DNA of 64,000 nucleotides from Macrostomum lignano (Eukaryota): NCBI GenBank assembly GCA_002269645.1, contig NIVC01002611.1, positions 62,001 to 126,000 of the forward strand, read 5' to 3'. Shown piece by piece: positions 25,271 to 37,160 of this stretch (position 1 is its first letter; each line of letters starts with the position of its first letter). The notes under the pieces were generated by a model. It saw only the letters and a program-made list of their open reading frames with translations, ran no database searches and was not told where the DNA came from. The position numbers and the translations under genes were made by a program.

Positions 25271-25581
25271 ATGGCGCAACTCCACTCATTGGCTTTATGA
25301 ATCTATTTTATCATTCTGTTGCACGTTTTGTTACGCAGTCATTAAGCTAAGAAGGATTTTCTAATGATTTTCTGATAACGAATATCAATAGAGAGCTATA
25401 AGAGGCAAGTCATATCAAAATATGAACATTTGGTCTGCCTTCTATCAAAAGCAATTACAAATTTTGTGCTGAAAAATGAAAAATTCCAATCTCCGTAGTG
25501 TATCTTTCAGTAAAACCAGCCTTCTAAAGTTTTCCAAGAAACCGTAGAAACGTAGTTTCGCGTCTTTCTACTTGAGTAGTG
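25271..25581. mobile_element. Same small TIR family, copy 2 (longer interior; left TIR not seen)
   Basis: Shares CTCATTGG.TTTA.GAATCTATT.TATCATT, TTACGCAGTCATTAAGCTAAGAA, TTTTCCAAGAAAC and CTACTTGAGTAGTG with 2575-2760. Confidence 0.55.
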
Positions 25582-25660
25582 CTTGGTCGACTGTCTACTT
25601 AACTAAACTAAAAAGCCCTGTGCTCCAACCCCGATTTGACGGACTCAGATCTCCAAGCAG

Positions 25661-25855
25661 CTGATCATTCAGGCGGGCTACGGCAGCGTGGTGCAGTACA
25701 TCCGCAGCCAGTGCGTCACGGCCGCGCAGTGCCACGGCCTGCGCCAGAGCCCCGGCTATTCGCCCGAGGACGGCGCCCTGATCCGCGCTCGAACGATGAT
25801 CGGCTGCTGCCAGCCGCACGACCTGGCCTGCATCCGCCGCCTGGTGGATCTCTGA
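25661..25855 (+). CDS. Secreted Cys-rich protein A, exon 3
   Basis: AAGCAG|LIIQAGYGSVVQYIRSQCVTAAQCHG...IGCCQPHDLACIRRLVDL-TGA; GC-rich island in AT-rich DNA; 132 aa in total. Confidence 0.78.
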   Translation: MIIQAGYGSVVQYIRSQCVTAAQCHGLRQSPGYSPEDGALIRARTMIGCCQPHDLACIRRLVDL

Positions 25856-26369
25856 GCTCTGAGTCAGCCTGAAAATGCTCTTCGGGTTTCTAACAAACTC
25901 TCGACCCATTTAACGGTTTAATTAAACCTACTAGTTTTAGGCTGCGAAAAAGACACCGCCTGATTGGACAAAAACCTGCAACCAATGAGAAGCCAATGGG
26001 GAGGAGTGGGGTGGGTGCCCTTCGGGGTAGATAAGAATAGCAGAGACCTTCAAATTGGTTACGCAAGCGCAAAAACTTTTCAAAGAGATGTCCCCAACGG
26101 CTTACAAATTTACAATTCAGTAAAAATCTGTTCTGTAATCTGTTAAAGAAGAGATATTTTAAAGAACGAATGAACAAAGGATTTTAGCGGCTTAGAATTG
26201 ATTCTAAAACAGAAAAAAAGCTAATAAAATGATGAACCAACGACGATATCGATTCGCCACTGCATGCTTAACCGAAGGACTTCAGCTTTGCTGATTTTAT
26301 TTAATTTCAAAAGATCATACAGTATTCAAAAATTTTTTTCAAATTTAGCTACCTTAGTGCGTAAAAAAA

Positions 26370-27295
26370 GTTCTTAGACACCCTTCATATCTGGGCATCT
26401 GTTTTGAGTAGTTTTGATAAAAAATTACACATATATGGGCCTATATGTAGTGAATTTAGTGCTAACGTTTCGGCTTAATTGGGTTAACAAAGCAAAAGCA
26501 ATCGATCACTTACGAGCTACTGAGGAACCCACAAAATTATCAAAACGATTTTTGAAGAGCATCGAATCTGGACCCTAGTAGGGAAATCGCAGCTGATTTT
26601 TAGAAAAATGAATCCGAAAACACATCGCTGCTTTGGCTGAGAATTGATTGATTAATCATTGCTTGCAAGCTGTGTGAAAGTTTTAGCCATATAGATTAAA
26701 GAGCAAAAATAACAAAGCAGTAAGCAGCATAAGACAGAGTGTGCAGAACCAACGTCAGCTACAGATGCTGAGACGCGGAACCAACTTCAAGGGGTTTAAG
26801 AATGGCTAGCGCATTCTTGACCAGAAGAATCGCCGATACGAAGTCTGCTTACAACAAAGGGCGGCAATTTCAGTTCTGGTAGACGAGTTCAAGGGCAGAT
26901 TCATGAGACCAGCAGTTCGTCAGCTTCCCCGAGCTGCTGCGGCTGCTGAGGGGCTGATCAGAGCGACACCTAAGGACATGTGATTGAGGAGTTGCAAGCC
27001 GCTACGATATGACAAGTGCATTCGACTTAATGGCGATTACTTTGAAGATTTTCAGATTTCTGTTTTATGAAGTTCTGGAACTTCCCAGTCTAAACTGTTT
27101 GCTCGATAACTTTTAGATTTTGTTGAGTTTAAAATCGTAATGCTAATTTCGTAGGTTCCTCAGTAAATGATCGATTGTTTTTGCTCTGTCAACCCGATTA
27201 AGCTGAAACTTTAGCACTGAATTCACTACATATTGGCCCATGTTTCTGTATTTTTTATCAAGACCAATAGAACAGATTTAGAGATATGAGACCTT
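26370..27295 (+). mobile_element. Degenerate, internally deleted Tc1/mariner element
   Basis: Long imperfect inverted repeats (~26400-26545 vs ~27125-27270) and mariner C-terminal motif RYDKCIRLNGDYFE at 27005-27046. Ends approximate. Confidence 0.75.
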
Positions 27296-27764
27296 AGCCT
27301 TCAAGTTGGTGCTTCTGTTTTACCTAAGCATTTGAATTGTATTTCATAGAATAGAATCTATTATTTTTTATGAATATCAATCCAGGCATTTTCAGAAAAA
27401 TAACTCTTGCAAGGTAGATAGACAGACAGATTCTACATGAGTGCAGAGCACTATAGCGTAAATCAGAGTCAATTAACTTCCGTTTGCTCAGAGATTTTTT
27501 ATAACTGGCAGCTGCCACCCCCGCACACTCACTGCCGCTGATTTCATTCTAGAAGGCCTAATATTTCATATTAATTATCCCTGAGATCACTGCCGCATAA
27601 CTGATGATAATAGCTGCTTTTCTGTAAGTGTATTTAATGACCTTTTTATACACGTGGCTGGTCAGATCACGTGGCTGGAAGAGAGCAAGTCATTTGGGAA
27701 TCTAGCTTCATGCTGTCCATATCTCATTCATTCGATTCGCTTTTCTGACGTCGAATGACATTTT

Positions 27765-27960
27765 GAAATACCGGTATTTGAGTGCCATTTTGAGATATTT
27801 GAGTGCAATTTTAAGATATTTGAGTGCAAATTTAAGATATTTGAGTGCCACTTTGAGATATTTGAGTGCTATTTTGAGGTAGTTGAGTGCCATTTTAGAT
27901 ATTTAGGTGCAATTTTAAAGGTACTTGAGAGTGAATTTTAAAGGTATTTTGAGATATCTT
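27765..27960. repeat. ~21-bp degenerate minisatellite
   Basis: GATATTTGAGTGCCATTTTGA-type units. Confidence 0.85.
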
Positions 27961-28473
27961 CGACAAACCAAACCCGATAAAACATAACTTAATAAAACAA
28001 CTCAATAGACTAAATTTCTATAAACCATAATTTCTATCAAGCAATCCAGGAAATGAAAAGCAACAGCAATAGCAAAATCAGGGCTGGTGACGTCAGTAAT
28101 AAAAATTGGCGGAATTCGAGAACTCCATCTGCTCATTCAGATAAGGAAACTATAAGTAGGCGGCCCGGGGGAATTATATACAATGGCAGGTGGGCCCTGA
28201 GATCAAACAATGCGTGGGCGTTGGCAGAGTCGGATCGCGTTTAGGTCTTAGCCATCTTTTAATCTCTTAAGAGAAAAGCCGCTTAAGAGATAAGCATGGT
28301 ACGCTTGGCCTGCTTCTCAGAAGAAGAAGCTCTATTTAAATCTACAAAGCGATAAAAATGGAATCCACCAGGCGCAAGTCTCATTGGGGCCTCTAAAAAG
28401 TTTCGAAGAATATTGAATTTTTGAAGTTTTCTTGAGAAGCCAGCTTCCGGTCCCGCCTACCTAGCAAATAGTC

Positions 28474-28481
28474 TATTTAAA
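28474..28481 (+). promoter_or_regulatory. Candidate TATA-like box of secreted protein B gene
   Basis: TATTTAAA about 60 bp upstream of the ATG at 28544. Confidence 0.45.
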
Positions 28482-28543
28482 CTGACTGGGCCGACTACCG
28501 CGAGTCCTGTCGCCAGCCGATCGCCCCAACCGATTGCTTTAGA

Positions 28544-28801
28544 ATGAGTCTCCTACAGCCTGCAGAGGTAGCGCTAGCTCTGGCGCTAGTATCGGCGCTA
28601 GTCCTGGCGCTCTGCCCGGCCGGCGGCTCCGCCGTAGCCGTGTACACCAGCGACGCCTCCGACGAGAAGGACGCGCACTGTCGGGTTGGCTACTATATTC
28701 ACGACAGCGCCGACCTGCTCAGCTCGGTCAGGAATTGCCCGCCCAAGCTGGACTGTCGGCTTCTCAGGCCGGACGTGCCGCAGGAGGAAATCTCCTGCAA
28801 G
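28544..28801 (+). CDS. Secreted Cys-rich protein B, exon 1 (signal peptide and 4 mature Cys)
   Basis: MSLLQPAEVALALALVSALVLALCPAGGSA...HCRVG...NCPPKLDC...EEISCK, then AAG|GTAGTC where composition turns AT-rich; TATTTAAA at 28474. Confidence 0.78.
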
Positions 28802-29830
28802 GTAGTCGGCGGGAGTAACTATACTTTTAATTTATTTGATAAATACTTCGTCATACACTTAGTTTTCGTACAAACTATCAAGGATATAATAGTCCATAGT
28901 AGAAAAGTTGAGGCAGTCATAAGGAGTAACTATAGCTTTATCTAGCTTGTAAACGATAAATAACCTCCACACAGTTAGTGTAGGAGCAAATGACAATAAC
29001 AAATCGAATCAAGGACTACCAAAAACTTTTCTATTCCAGCTGTCGGTGGTCCCTAATTAAATTAGGACTTATTTTCCACCTCTGCGCAGAGTGCGATTCG
29101 TTAGTCTTTGCTTTTCAGGCAGTCAGCAGGAGTAACTAATAACCTCATTTCGATACCTCTGCCATCCAAACACGTGCACAGATGGAGCACTTGGGCAGTC
29201 CGCGCGAATTCCCCTACTTTGGCCGGCCTGACTATAGCGCTAAAAATCTGTTCAAGTTCAGCTGCTCCAGCCAGTACGAATGCGGCTACCGCCAATCGAG
29301 CGAGTTGTGCTATCACAGCTCGAAAGTCCTGGCGCTGGCCAAGGACAACCCGTCCAGCCTGCTGCTCACGAGACCCACCGATGCGGCCATTGTGTGCGCC
29401 TGACACTGCAATTACCTAGGCTCAGCCATGCGGCTGCAGGATTGTAATTGAGAGCATGACAATAAAAATATATTAATGAGTAACGTCCTTTATCAATTGT
29501 TGCTTTTAGGTAGTCGGCGGGAGTAACTATAACTTCATTCTTATAGCTAAATGCCTCGTCATACAACCAGTTAGAAAGCGAAGCCGGCTATAAATTTAAA
29601 CACAGCTGTTAGTAGTCCATGATCGAAAATAGAAATCTATATGTAGGTAGTCATGAGAAGTAACTATAAATTTCTTTAGCTCGTAAAAGGTAAATTACAA
29701 TGCAATTACATTAACAATTGCAGTACCTGCTCAGCAATTGCGGCAGCAGGATTTTATTTGAGAGTATGGCAATAAAAGCCTATGAATTAATGATTAGCGT
29801 CGAATATATTGCTGTTTGATTGTTTATCAA
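28802..29830 (+). repeat. Degenerate ~310-390-bp tandem units carrying five copies of a 28S rRNA helix 69-71-like motif
   Basis: Copies start at 28802, 28913, 29119, 29510 and 29647. The copy at 29510-29562 matches the recalled 28S consensus GTAAACGGCGGGAGTAACTATGACTCTCTTAAGGTAGCCAAATGCCTCGTCAT at 42/53 positions without gaps. Confidence 0.8.
29182..29403 (+). CDS. Secreted Cys-rich protein B, exon 2
   Basis: GCACAG|MEHLGSPREFPYFGRPDYSAKNLFKFSCSSQYECGY...AIVCA-TGA; AATAAA at 29461; 159 aa in total. Confidence 0.72.
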   Translation: MEHLGSPREFPYFGRPDYSAKNLFKFSCSSQYECGYRQSSELCYHSSKVLALAKDNPSSLLLTRPTDAAIVCA

Positions 29831-29885
29831 CTATATTATACTTGATTTCTGATTAGGTCACGATCATTGGCGCGGGTCGCTTTCA

Positions 29886-29938
29886 CAAGCTCGAACTTCA
29901 CAAGCTCGAACTTCACAAGCTCGAACTTCACAAGCTCG
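29886..29938. repeat. 15-bp short tandem repeat
   Basis: CACAAGCTCGAACTT, about 4 units. Confidence 0.9.
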
Positions 29939-29984
29939 AGACTCGACATCGTCAAAAGTCTTGTCGTTCACATTCAGAAGCTTC

Positions 29985-31518
29985 CTGAAGGAGGAGCGGA
30001 TTGAATCTCAAATCCTGAAGGAGAAGCGGATTGAATCTCAAATCCTGAAGGAGAAGCGGATTGAATCTCAAATCCTGAAGGAGGAGCGGATTGAATCTCA
30101 AATCCTGAAGGAGAAGCGGATTGAATCTCAAATCCTGAAGGAGAAGCGGATTGAATCTCAAATCCTGAAGGAGAAGCGGATTGAATCTCAAATCCTGAAG
30201 GAGAAGCGGATTGAATCTCAAATCCTGAAGGAGGAGCGGATTGAATCTCAAATCCTGAAGGAGAAGCGGATTGAATCTCAAATCCTGAAGGAGAAGCGGA
30301 TTGAATCTCAAATCCTGAAGGAGAAGCGGATTGAATCTCAAATCCTGAAGGAGGAGCGGATTGAATCTCAAATCCTGAAGGAGAAGCGGATTGAAGCTCA
30401 AATCCTGAAGGAGAAGCGGATTAAATCTCAAATCCTGAAGGAGGAGCGGATTGAATCTCAAATCCTGAAGGAGGAGCGGATTGAATCTCAAATCCTGAAG
30501 GAGAAGCGGATTGAATCTCAAATCCTGAATGAGAAGCGGATTGAATCTCAAATCCTGAAGGAGAAGCGGATTGAAGCTCAAATCCTGAATGAGAAGCGGA
30601 TTGAATCTCAAATCCTGAAGGAGAAGCGGATTGAATCTCAAATCCTGAAGGAGAAGCGGATTGAATCTCAAATCCTGAAGGAGGAGCGGATTGAATCTCA
30701 AATCCTGAAGGAGAAGCGGATTGAAGCTCAAATCCTGAAGGAGAAGCGGATTAAATCTCAAATCCTGAAGGAGGAGCGGATTGAATCTCAAATCCTGAAG
30801 GAGAAGCGGATTGAAGCTCAAATCCTGAAGGAGAAGCGGATTGAATCTCAAATCCTGAAGGAGGAGCGGATTGAATCTCAAATCCTGAAGGAGAAGCGGA
30901 TTGAAGCTCAAATCCTGAAGGAGAAGCGGATTGAAGCTCAAATCCTGAAGGAGAAGCGGATTGAAGCTCAAATCCTGAAGGAGGAGCGGATTGAATCTCA
31001 AATCCTGAAGGAGAAGCGGATTGAATCTCAAATCCTGAATGAGAAGCGGATTGAATCTCAAATCCTGAAGGAGAAGCGGATTGAAGCTCAAATCCTGAAG
31101 TAGGAGCGGATTGAAGCTCAAATCCTGAATGAGAAGCGGATTGAATCTCAAATCCTGAAGGAGGAGCGGATTGAAGCTCAAATCCTGAAGGAGGAGCGGA
31201 TTGAAGCTCAAATCCTGAAGGAGGAGCGGATTGAAGCTCAAATCCTGAATGAGAAGCGGATTGAAGCTCAAATCCTGAAGGAGAAGCGGATTGAAGCTCA
31301 AATCCTGAAGGAGGAGCGGATTGAAGCTCAAATCCTGAAGGAGAAGCGGATTGAAGCTCAAATCCTGAAGGAGGAGCGGATTGATGCTCAAATCCTGAAG
31401 GAGAAGCGGATTGAAGCTCAAATCCTGAAGGAGGAGCGGATTGAAGCTCAAATCCTGAAGGAGAAGCGGATTGAAGCTCAAATCCTGAAGGAGGAGCGGA
31501 TTGAAGCTCAAATCCTGA
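29985..31518. repeat. 30-bp minisatellite, about 51 copies
   Basis: Unit GAAGGAGAAGCGGATTGAATCTCAAATCCT. Confidence 0.98.
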
Positions 31519-32040
31519 CGGGCCAACCCTTGAAAGCACTTGTCCCCATTCACATCATTGTCTCCCTCCCTTCCACACAGCTGCTACAACGGTTTCATTC
31601 TCCAGCGTGGCTGCAAAAGATAAATACAGTAGACTGAATTATCTATCGAATGAACGATACAAAATCTAGACCCCTTTCGTGTGTAATATTTAATCAATTT
31701 TTAGAATCTGCGTTGGCGGATACATTTTAAGCTCGGAGAATAATTGAGCACGCACACAGCATAGAGCACCTGAACTGCTGTCTCTGACTATTGAGAATTT
31801 CATTTTCAATTGCAAGAGTCGTCCACAGCCCCAAGCCATGGCGTTTGCAGGGAGCCAGTGTTATTTGAGTCAGTTAGATCGCCTTTGACTGCCAAATAGG
31901 CCCTTGCCACACAATACCCTGACCTTGAAGAGTTTTTTGCACCGATGTATTGGCATGGTTAAAAGCAAGCGAAGGTTACGCAAATCTGTGTATCGAATCT
32001 ATATTTATTACAACGGTGATGCAGTTTATTTCATCTGTAT

Positions 32041-32780
<740 letters not shown>

Positions 32781-33269
32781 AAAATCAATTCATCAATCTA
32801 ATGCAATTCAATTCCATTTTTCAATCCAAAAACACACCAGCACTCAGCCTGCAGGCCGCAGTTGAGCTGAAAATTGATCCATTTTATTATCGGGCAGGGA
32901 GGAACAGTTTAAAATGCATAATAATTCAGCTAAAATTAGAACGGTTAGCGTCAAGAGAACAGCGCAATGGACTGCATAGGTAGCAGACAAAGGCTCAATA
33001 GCATGTTCGCTCCAGTCTGAAGAGAACACAAAGGCGTCTATTCTGAATAGAACAGAAATTGGCCTCTACTGTAACTGCAAAAGAACGGAGCACTCATAAT
33101 GGTAGTATTTGCCATAATATTCGCTATCTACTACTACACGAAAAAACCCGAAGGATAAGAGTAGAAAGATACGCTGCTGTTTTTCGGAACCAATGTATCA
33201 AGACTAAATGGCGACTAGCTGTTAATTATCGTTTGCAACCAAGTGGCGCTAGGGGAAGGAAACTACCGC

Positions 33270-34430
33270 TAAGGGATCGGCGCCAGAGGAAGGCAGTCGG
33301 TACCAGGGGATGGGGATCGGCGCCAGGGGATAGGGATCGGTGCCAGGGGAGGGGGTCGGCGCCAGGGGATAGGGATCGGTGCCAGGGGAGGGGGGTCGGC
33401 GCCAGGGGAAGGCAATCGGTGCCAGGGGAAGGCAATCGGTGCCAGAGGAGGGGGACCGGCGCCAGGGGAGGGGGATCGGCGCCAGGGGATGGGGATCGGC
33501 GCCAGGGGATAGGGATCGGTGCCAGGGGAGGGGGGTCGGCGCCAGGGGATAGGGATCGGTGCCAGGGGAGGGGGGTCGGCGCCAGGGGAAGGCAATCGGT
33601 GCCAGGGGAAGGCAATCGGTGCCAGAGGAGGGGGACCGGCGCCAGGGGAGGGGGATCGGCGCCAGGGGATGGGGATCGGCGCCAGGGGAGGGGGATCGGC
33701 GCCAGGGGATAGGGATCGGCGCCAGGGGAGGGGGATCGGCGCCAGGGGATAGGGATCGGCGCCAGGGGAGGGGGATCGGCGCCAGGGGAGGGGGATCGGC
33801 GCCAGGGGATAGGGATCGGCGCCAGGGGAGGGGTATCGGCGCCAGGGGAGGGGGATCGGCGCCAGGGGATAGGGATCGGCGCCAGGGGATAGGGATCGGC
33901 GCCAGGGGAGGGGGGTCGGCGCCAGGGGAAGGCAATCGGTGCCAGGGGAAGGCAATCGGTGCCAGAGGAGGGGGACCGGCGCCAAAGGATTAGGATCGGC
34001 GCCAGGGGATGGGGATCGGCGCCAGGGGATGGGGATCGGCGCCAGGGGATGGGGATCGGCGCCAGGGGATGGGGATCGGCGCCAGGGGATGGGGATCGGC
34101 GCCAGGGGATGGGGATCGGTGCCAGGGGAGGGGGACCGGCGCCAGGGGATGGGGATCGGCGCCAGGGGAAGGGGATCGGCGCCAGGGGAGGGGGACCGGC
34201 GCCAGGGGATGGGGATCGGCGCCAGGGGAAGGGGATCGGTGCCAGGGGAGGGGGACCGGCGCCAGGGGATGGGGATCGGCGCCAGGGGATGGGGATCGGT
34301 GCCAGGGGAGGGGGACCGGCGCCAGGGGATGGGGATCGGCGCCAGGGGAAGGGGATCGGCGCCAGGGGAAGGGGGATGGGCGCCAGGGGATGGGGATCGG
34401 CGCCAGGGGAGGGGGATCGGCGCCAGGGAA
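33270..34430. repeat. 20-bp GC-rich minisatellite immediately 3' of RMT2
   Basis: Unit ~GGCGCCAGGGGATGGGGATC. Confidence 0.97.
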
Positions 34431-34535
34431 GAGGAAATGGAAGCGGGAAACAAATGTGAAAAAGCATTCATTTGCAACACGAATTGAATGGGGATCGTGC
34501 GCACTGCAAGCGTATCTCTCTAGTGTAACTGTCAA

Positions 34536-35185
34536 TCACTCGGAACTGGCATCCATCGGCGCCGCGGCTGACTGGCTGTCCTCCTCCTCGGGCCGGCACA
34601 CCTCGGGCAGGTAGTAGGTGTCGAAGTGCCAGTAGCGATCGCGCACTCCCTGCCACAACTTGGCGTCGTCCACTTTGACCGGAAGCGGCCGGAAGGTGCA
34701 CCGCAGGCCGAGCCGGAGCAGCCGCAGTCGGACAACTTCGCAGGCGACTGCGTGGAAGAAGACATTGTCCGGGCACATGCCATTGTAGAAGGCGTAGCGG
34801 CCGCCGGGCGCCAGCAGCCGGGGCAGGTGGGCGTGAAACGAGTGCAAGTCAAGGTCGTCCTCGGCGTACGTGTCGAAGAAGACGCCGTCGAACGGGCCAA
34901 GGTCGGCGACGACGTCCTGCCAGCGGCCGGACACGATCCGGACGCCGGGCTTGTCCGGCCAGCCTTGGTCGCGCATTCTGGCCAGAACGTCCGGATGCGC
35001 TTCAACAATGGTGTGGCTGGCCGGGCCGAGTTTCTGCAGCTCGGTGTCTACGATGCCCATGCCGAAGCCGACGTTCAGGACGCGCAGGCCGGGCCGCGGG
35101 CAGATGTAGCTGGCGTGTCGCTCCATGAGCGGCTGCTCCCAGGCCATCATGACGGCGTAGCCTTCGCCGTCGAGTAGCAGGTCGC
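34536..35185 (-). CDS. RMT2: RMT2-type arginine N-methyltransferase, exon 2 (GAMT-like SAM-dependent domain)
   Basis: GCAG|GDLLLDGEGYAVMMAWEQPLM...VLNVGFGMGIVD...HTIVEAHPDV...GRWQDV...FDGVFFDTY...FYNG...YWHFDTYYLP; phase matches exon 1; about 388 aa. Confidence 0.9.
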
Positions 35186-35627
35186 CTGCGGGGGGAGCAC
35201 GGAGGTGTGAGGGTAAGTCTGATAGTCTACGCCAACTGATAGTCTGGCTCTGCCAGGTTGAAGCGGTATGAGCCATTCCGCCCCTGTCAGCCAAGCCATT
35301 CCGCCCCTGTCAGCCAAGCCATTCCGCTTCTGTCAGCCAAGCCATTCCGCCCCTGTCAGCCAAGCCATTCCGCTTCTGTCAGCCAAGCCATTCCGCCCCT
35401 GTCAGCCAAGCCATTCCGCTTCTGTCAGCCAAGCCATTCCGCCACTGTCAGCCAAGCCATTCCGCCCCTGTCAGCCAAGCCATTCCGCCCCTGTCAGCCA
35501 AGCCATTCCGCTTCTGTCAGCCAAGCCATTCCGCCACTGTCAGCCAAGCCATTCCGCCCCTGTCAGCCAAGCCATTCCGCCCCTGTCAGCCAAGCCATTC
35601 CGCCCCTATCAGCCAAGCCATTCCGCC

Positions 35628-37160
35628 CACAGACCATATAGAATATAGACTGCGAATCTCGGGGGCCTGCCCAGGCGCGTTGTGGGACAAAAAAGCAACA
35701 CAAAAAATGGTCCTTCCACAAAGCCCCAACTTCGATCGATATGTGGGACAAAAAATGGGCAAGTGCAAGTTTTCAAGCTTGAAATTTACTAATTATAAAG
35801 AGTTTAAAACCCCAGGGAGGCAAAATAAATGTAAATTAGATTTGAATTGAATTGATTGAATTGAAATTGAAATTGAAATTGATTTGAATTACAAGTTCCT
35901 TGCAAAAATATCCAGCAAAAAACCAATTAAAGCATTCTTATCCATGCAGCCTCAGCCAGCTTTCATAGTGTATCAAAAAAGAGAAAAGCGCCAGAAAGTG
36001 TGGCAACTATTGCTGTGCTCAGGGAGCTGAACAAGAAGCACCAGCGACTAAGGGCGCGGTCAAAGTCACTGACAGAAATTGTGAAAGTGCTGTAGGCAAA
36101 GAATATTGTGGATGAAGCTGAAGTTCGGCAATTTGCTTCCACGTTGCACTATTACAGTCCTAAGGCATACAAATACGTGAGAAACTTTTTCCAGCTTCCG
36201 CGCATCCATCTTCTTTACGGAAATGGATCTCAAGTGTGTACGATGCCTTCCAGGATTCTGCGTCCAAGCATTCCAAGAACTATACGTATTCTGCTGAACA
36301 CCGAAACGATTATTCGCCGCTCCAGCTTTGATAGCTGCTTTTCAAGCTCAATCGCTGTTTAAGAGACTTTGAATTAGAATTTCACTTTGAATTTCAACCG
36401 CTATTCTCTGAATTAGATTCGCATTCAGCAGCTGTTAGCACAGGTATTGAGTCACACAAGCTGCAGCTGTTAGCACAGGTATTGAGTCACACAAGCTGCA
36501 GCTGTTAGCACAGGTATTGAGTCACACAAGCTGCAGCTGTTAGCACAGGTATTGAGTCACACAAGCTGCAGCTGTTAGCACAGGTATTGAGTCACACAAG
36601 CTGCAGCTGTTAGCACAGGTATTGAGTCACACAAGCTGCAGCTGTTAGCACAGGTATTGAGTCACACAAGCTGCAGCTGTTAGCACAGGTATTGAGTCAC
36701 ACAAGCTGCAGCTGTTAGCACAGGTATCGAGTCACACAAGCTGCAGCTGTTGGCACAGGTATTGAGTCAAGAAAGTTATGAGCATTTTTTACATCAGAAT
36801 TCGCATGAAGAAAATTGCGAAAGACATGTCGCACTTATTAAGAAAGGCAGGAAGGAGACAGAAAGCTGCTGCGCACAGCAATTTTTCTTAATCTGAAAGC
36901 TGGGACTTCGAAGGACATTTCGGGGTAATTTAATTTAATTTCATTACTTTTATGTATTTGGTTTTCATGGCGTTTTATGTAAAAAAAAAGAAAAAAATGT
37001 ATCTCAATTGCATGTGTCCAATAGGAGCACAATGGAAAAGAGGCCCGCCCTGTACCACATATCGATCGAGCTGGGGTGGGTGAGAGGGACCAGTTTCTTA
37101 TGGGGGAAAATGGCCCACTTTTTTCTTCACTTTACTGGTCTATATTCTATATGGTCTGTG
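35628..37160 (+). mobile_element. Non-autonomous P-element/THAP9-type DNA transposon, copy 1
   Basis: Perfect TIR CACAGACCATATAGAATATAGAC at both ends; 8-bp TSD ATTCCGCC; frameshifted transposase remnant FASTLHYYSPKAYKYVRNFFQLP/HPSSLRKWISSV near 36108-36240. Confidence 0.9.
36428..36770. repeat. 35-bp tandem repeat inside the P-like element (also ~39004-39345)
   Basis: Unit CAGCTGTTAGCACAGGTATTGAGTCACACAAGCTG. Confidence 0.95.

Noticed and set aside
28802-28945. Read-through ORF with a cystatin-like VVGGSNY motif
   Set aside because: The sequence turns AT-rich and repeat-derived after 28801, there is no downstream cystatin PW motif, and the DNA match to 28S explains the peptide.
29510-29562. 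28S-like motif as a functional rRNA gene or box C/D snoRNA
   Set aside because: Only ~50 bp with no flanking rDNA; on the antisense strand no CTGA D box follows the complementary blocks.
29952-31553. 533-aa and 380-aa ORFs on opposite strands (QDLRFNPLLL / KEKRIESQIL repeats)
   Set aside because: Pure 30-bp minisatellite lacking stops in some frames; no splice signals, promoter or unique domain.
33059-34614. Collagen-like or Pro-rich ORFs (GARGGGSAPG / LAPIPLPWRR)
   Set aside because: A 20-bp tandem repeat open in many frames on both strands; no Gly-X-Y register.
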